DNA of 64,000 nucleotides from positions 1-64,000 of the forward strand of contig VRMN01000004.1 of NCBI GenBank assembly GCA_008690995.1. The letters are read 5' to 3'. The notes below the pieces were generated by a model. It saw only the letters and a list, made by a program, of their open reading frames with translations, searched no databases and was not told the DNA's origin. The translations under genes were made by a program, and so were the position numbers. Shown in pieces: positions 60,851 to 64,000 of the stretch. The stretch's first letter is position 1. Every line of letters begins with the position of its first letter. The stretch comes from Porphyridium purpureum. Its lineage: Eukaryota.

Positions 60851-63751
60851 ATGGCGGGGACGGTGCCCGCGTCACCAGGCAGTCTGTCAGCTGACGCTCA
60901 GGCTCATGCCCACAAGCCGCTCGATCACGCGCCAGCAGATTCGGCGCCGCGAGGCGTAGGAGAAAGCAGGGACTCTGCCCATCGCGCGTCCGTGTCGCCG
61001 CTGCTGCGTACTATGAGTGATGCCGAACGCGCGTCCGACTCGCTGCACACGTTCTGCGTGGAGTCGCTGAGTACACCCGATTTCGACCTGCATGAGTTTA
61101 TCAGCGCACTGCGCGCGCGTGCGCCACTACCTGCGTTGCGTGACGGGCTGCGGCTTGTGCTGCAGGACCTGAACCACGAGCTCGTGACGCGCATTCAGGC
61201 CGACTTTAATGCGTTTGTTTCGCTGGGCACCTCGCTGAGTGACGCCGAAACGCTGTCCGAGACGGCTGCTGAGCCGATGCGCAGCGTCAAGCGTGAGCTC
61301 GAGGCCGTACTGGCGCAGACCGAATCGGATGTGACTTTACTCAGCGCGGCACTGGCCAAGCGGAAACTGCTTTCACAGCGCCGCCGCGAGCTCGAGCTGC
61401 TCCTGCGCGTGTCTGAGCTGCTACACAAGTGCGAGCGCCTTCTGCGGGAGCTTCGTGCCAAGGAGGCGACTTTCAAGCGAACCAGCAAAAGCGCCGATGT
61501 CGTCGTTACCGCTATGCTACACGCGAGTGCAAATGGCGGTGAGGGCGGGAGTGATGATGCCGAAGAATACTGGCGAATGATCGAACGCATTTCGGGCGAA
61601 TTTTCGCAGCTTTCGTTCAGCGTGTCCCGCAGTGAGGCACAGGGTAAGTTTGTCGAGTCGGAGCGCGAGCGCATCGACACAATCCAGCGCGAGATTGTTG
61701 CGCGGCTTGACGCGCTGCTGCGCAATTTACTCGTTGAGTACCGGTGTCGTGATCCGCCAGCCGCGCGCTCGCCACCGAACGCCGCGCTGATCAAGATGAT
61801 GCAACGCGTGCTGTCCATTTATGCATCTACTTCGCTTGTGGAACAGGCGGAGCGAGTGTTTGGCGAAATTATTGTGACGCCCTTTGTGGCTCGCAACCTC
61901 ACCATGCCGGCGGCGCTCGCCTACTATAAAGCCCACGCAAAAGAACGCGGCTGGAACAAGGACAAGAGTGTGTCGGGCTCAGGTGCATCTGCAACATATT
62001 CCCATTCGACAGGCACCTCGGCGGCTGCCGCGACTTCCAGTCCGAGTTCAGCGACTCTTGCCCACGCTGCGGACGCCATGACTGCCGTCCATGACATGAT
62101 CGAAAAGTTCATGGCACAAAGCTGCGCGCCCATTGTTCATATGTGCACACAAAAGGGCACGACTAGCGCCAGTGTTGGGGTCTCTGGTGATGCGCCCAGT
62201 GGCCCTGCAGACTCACTGCACGAGTTTGACTTTGTGAGCCGCGTCGTATGGCCTGAGTGTGTTCACGGCATCCAGGCCAACATGGGTCAGGTGTTCTCGC
62301 CAGGCATTCCAAACACCTTTCACCGTTGTTTCAGATCTGCTTGCGCGATTTATGCCGTCATGGAGAAGGCATGTCCCCTCGAGGTGCAATTGGTGCGATT
62401 GCATGACAGCGCAACGTCGAAGGACTTCTGGAAGCGTTGGAATCTCGCGGTGTACTTTCAGCTGCGGTTCCAGCAGATCACGGTCGACTTCGTGGCTACT
62501 CTCGAACAAGAGAAGAAGAGCGCCATACAAGAAGCTCCCGCAGGGTCGGCGGCGGCATCCGGCACGAGTCACTCGAAAACGTCCGGGTCACCGGCCGGAA
62601 GCACCAGCCAAAAGAGTGCGAATGGCAGCGCAAACTCGAAGGACCTGAGCATCGCGCGTGCGACTTCAGGATCATCTTTGGCTTCCTCCACCCAGTATTT
62701 GCTTTTGCGCGCAGACATGTATCACCTGCCCGCGACTCATGCTTTGCTGCACGCACTAAGGCTGTGCTGGGACGACCACATTTTCCTCCCCGCTCTGGCT
62801 GGCCGCTTTTTGCGGCTTTCGCTGCAATGTATTGCCCGGTACAAAAGCTGGGTACAGGCGGGACTCGATGGTGGCTGGGCAGCACCGGCAGAACGAGGAG
62901 AGGCCTCGTTTGGGCAGCAGGCAGCTGGGTCTTCTTCGACGTCAACGCCGCAAACACAGAGCGCGCTGGAGAATGCATCGCTTGTGTACAGTGACATCAA
63001 AACCATGGAAAGCCGACTGCTGGCCGAATTGGCGTCATTATTGCGAGTGCAGTTGGGCTCGGATCTCAACTCGAGCATGTTTGCAATGTTTGACTCGTCG
63101 CTCGCAGAGGGCATCCAGCAGCTGTGCGCATTGCTGCCGAGCATTTGCGACACCATGGTACGGATACTGTCCAAAGCTTGCGTGGAAGGCCTTCAGCCAC
63201 TTCGCGGCATTCTTGCCACATACCGCATGACAAACAAGCCGCCACCAACGCAGTTCTCGCGGTTTGTGCCCAACATTCTCAAGCCGCTGCGTGTGTTTTT
63301 TGGCACAGAGCATGGCGGTAGGCTCCCTGCCGCAGTACGGTTGGACATAGCGCGCCAGATATCCGAGGCATGCTCGATCAAGTACTTTGAGATGGCACGC
63401 GACCTGATTGAAAGCGTGAAGAAGGCTGAGGACGTGCTGAAGCGCTTGAGTCTCGGTAAGCAGCCAGGCGCAGGCAGTGGCAGCGCCGACGGCAGTGTCG
63501 CCGGTGGCACCGGTAAGGGAATGTCTGGAACAAGCTCGGATGTGGACAAGATCAGCTTGCAGCTGTATCTAGACGTGCGCAAGTTTGGCTCAGAAATGGA
63601 GCAGTTTGGGCTCGTGCTGACTGCGTGCCCGCAGTACTCGAACCTGTGGTCTTTTATCAAGGCCGAGACCGAGAGCCGCGTCGGGCACGTGTCCGCGAGT
63701 GCCGTCGCTGGAGCCGCTGTTGCACCTGGCGCGCCGCCACCAGCGCAATAA
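60851..63751 (+). CDS. COG2: Conserved oligomeric Golgi complex subunit 2
   Basis: DFNAFVSLGTSL, FSPGIPNTFH, FWKRWNLAVYFQLRFQQI, YRMTNKPPP, SDVDKISLQLYLDV. Confidence 0.9.
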   Translation: MAGTVPASPGSLSADAQAHAHKPLDHAPADSAPRGVGESRDSAHRASVSPLLRTMSDAERASDSLHTFCVESLSTPDFDLHEFISALRARAPLPALRDGLRLVLQDLNHELVTRIQADFNAFVSLGTSLSDAETLSETAAEPMRSVKRELEAVLAQTESDVTLLSAALAKRKLLSQRRRELELLLRVSELLHKCERLLRELRAKEATFKRTSKSADVVVTAMLHASANGGEGGSDDAEEYWRMIERISGEFSQLSFSVSRSEAQGKFVESERERIDTIQREIVARLDALLRNLLVEYRCRDPPAARSPPNAALIKMMQRVLSIYASTSLVEQAERVFGEIIVTPFVARNLTMPAALAYYKAHAKERGWNKDKSVSGSGASATYSHSTGTSAAAATSSPSSATLAHAADAMTAVHDMIEKFMAQSCAPIVHMCTQKGTTSASVGVSGDAPSGPADSLHEFDFVSRVVWPECVHGIQANMGQVFSPGIPNTFHRCFRSACAIYAVMEKACPLEVQLVRLHDSATSKDFWKRWNLAVYFQLRFQQITVDFVATLEQEKKSAIQEAPAGSAAASGTSHSKTSGSPAGSTSQKSANGSANSKDLSIARATSGSSLASSTQYLLLRADMYHLPATHALLHALRLCWDDHIFLPALAGRFLRLSLQCIARYKSWVQAGLDGGWAAPAERGEASFGQQAAGSSSTSTPQTQSALENASLVYSDIKTMESRLLAELASLLRVQLGSDLNSSMFAMFDSSLAEGIQQLCALLPSICDTMVRILSKACVEGLQPLRGILATYRMTNKPPPTQFSRFVPNILKPLRVFFGTEHGGRLPAAVRLDIARQISEACSIKYFEMARDLIESVKKAEDVLKRLSLGKQPGAGSGSADGSVAGGTGKGMSGTSSDVDKISLQLYLDVRKFGSEMEQFGLVLTACPQYSNLWSFIKAETESRVGHVSASAVAGAAVAPGAPPPAQ

Positions 63752-64000
63752 AGACTATATCTGCCTGCATGTGTCAGTATCAGCTACCCAGTCGCCGCGG
63801 ATTCCACACAACGCCCGCGCTGAACACCCCTACGCAAACTCATTTCCACCTCGACACTTGTACTTGATGGCACAGATGGTCCCCGCTGCAAAAAAAACCA
63901 CGAAGGGGGGAGCGTCGGTAGCTCTGCGCTGCGCAGCTCAGGGAACGCGGTCCGAGCGATCGCATGGTGGGAGTGGAACAGGGCTGGGAATCATCGCGCA

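Noticed and set aside
24333..63751. Apparent clustering of trafficking (Snf7, ANTH, syntaxin, COG2) and peroxisomal (AspAT-SKL, PEX11) genes
   Set aside because: Interspersed with unrelated genes in a compact genome; no evidence beyond chance.
1..64000. CRISPR arrays, tRNA genes, prokaryotic operons
   Set aside because: No regularly spaced repeat-spacer array or tRNA cloverleaf recognised; gene content is eukaryotic.

Overview
Eukaryotic, GC-rich, gene-dense and essentially intron-free DNA. It looks like a unicellular red alga (Porphyridium-like); this is inferred from gene style and content, not confirmed. The first ~14 kb is a mobile-element pile that looks subtelomeric. Two head-to-tail copies of a CRE-clade-like non-LTR retrotransposon (RT + CCHC + restriction-like endonuclease) each end in telomere-like (AGAGT)AACCCT repeats. 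The inner copy is fused at a GGG microhomology to the broken end of an old Tc1 transposon. That Tc1 is also split by an intact second Tc1 and a full-length Copia LTR element inserted ~10 bp apart, and the split transposase can be rebuilt exactly across 8.5 kb. The rest of the window is mostly housekeeping genes: DUF2254 membrane protein, a pseudogenised P-loop GTPase, PPR-like protein, Snf7, ANTH protein, MAPR/cyt-b5, GH13 amylase, two CAMK-type kinases, aspartate aminotransferase ending in SKL, S41 protease, PEX11, syntaxin-16, YciI, ISWI, SLT/SLC13 transporter, LYRM7-like and COG2. It also holds a second intact Copia element with identical LTRs and a solitary divergent 5S rRNA gene. Both Copia elements have a 10-bp palindrome instead of a tRNA primer-binding site. 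A GTACAG(T) motif and telo-box motifs recur in promoters and LTRs. The most interesting candidate system is a telomere-repeat-primed retrotransposon array that may cap or heal a chromosome end.
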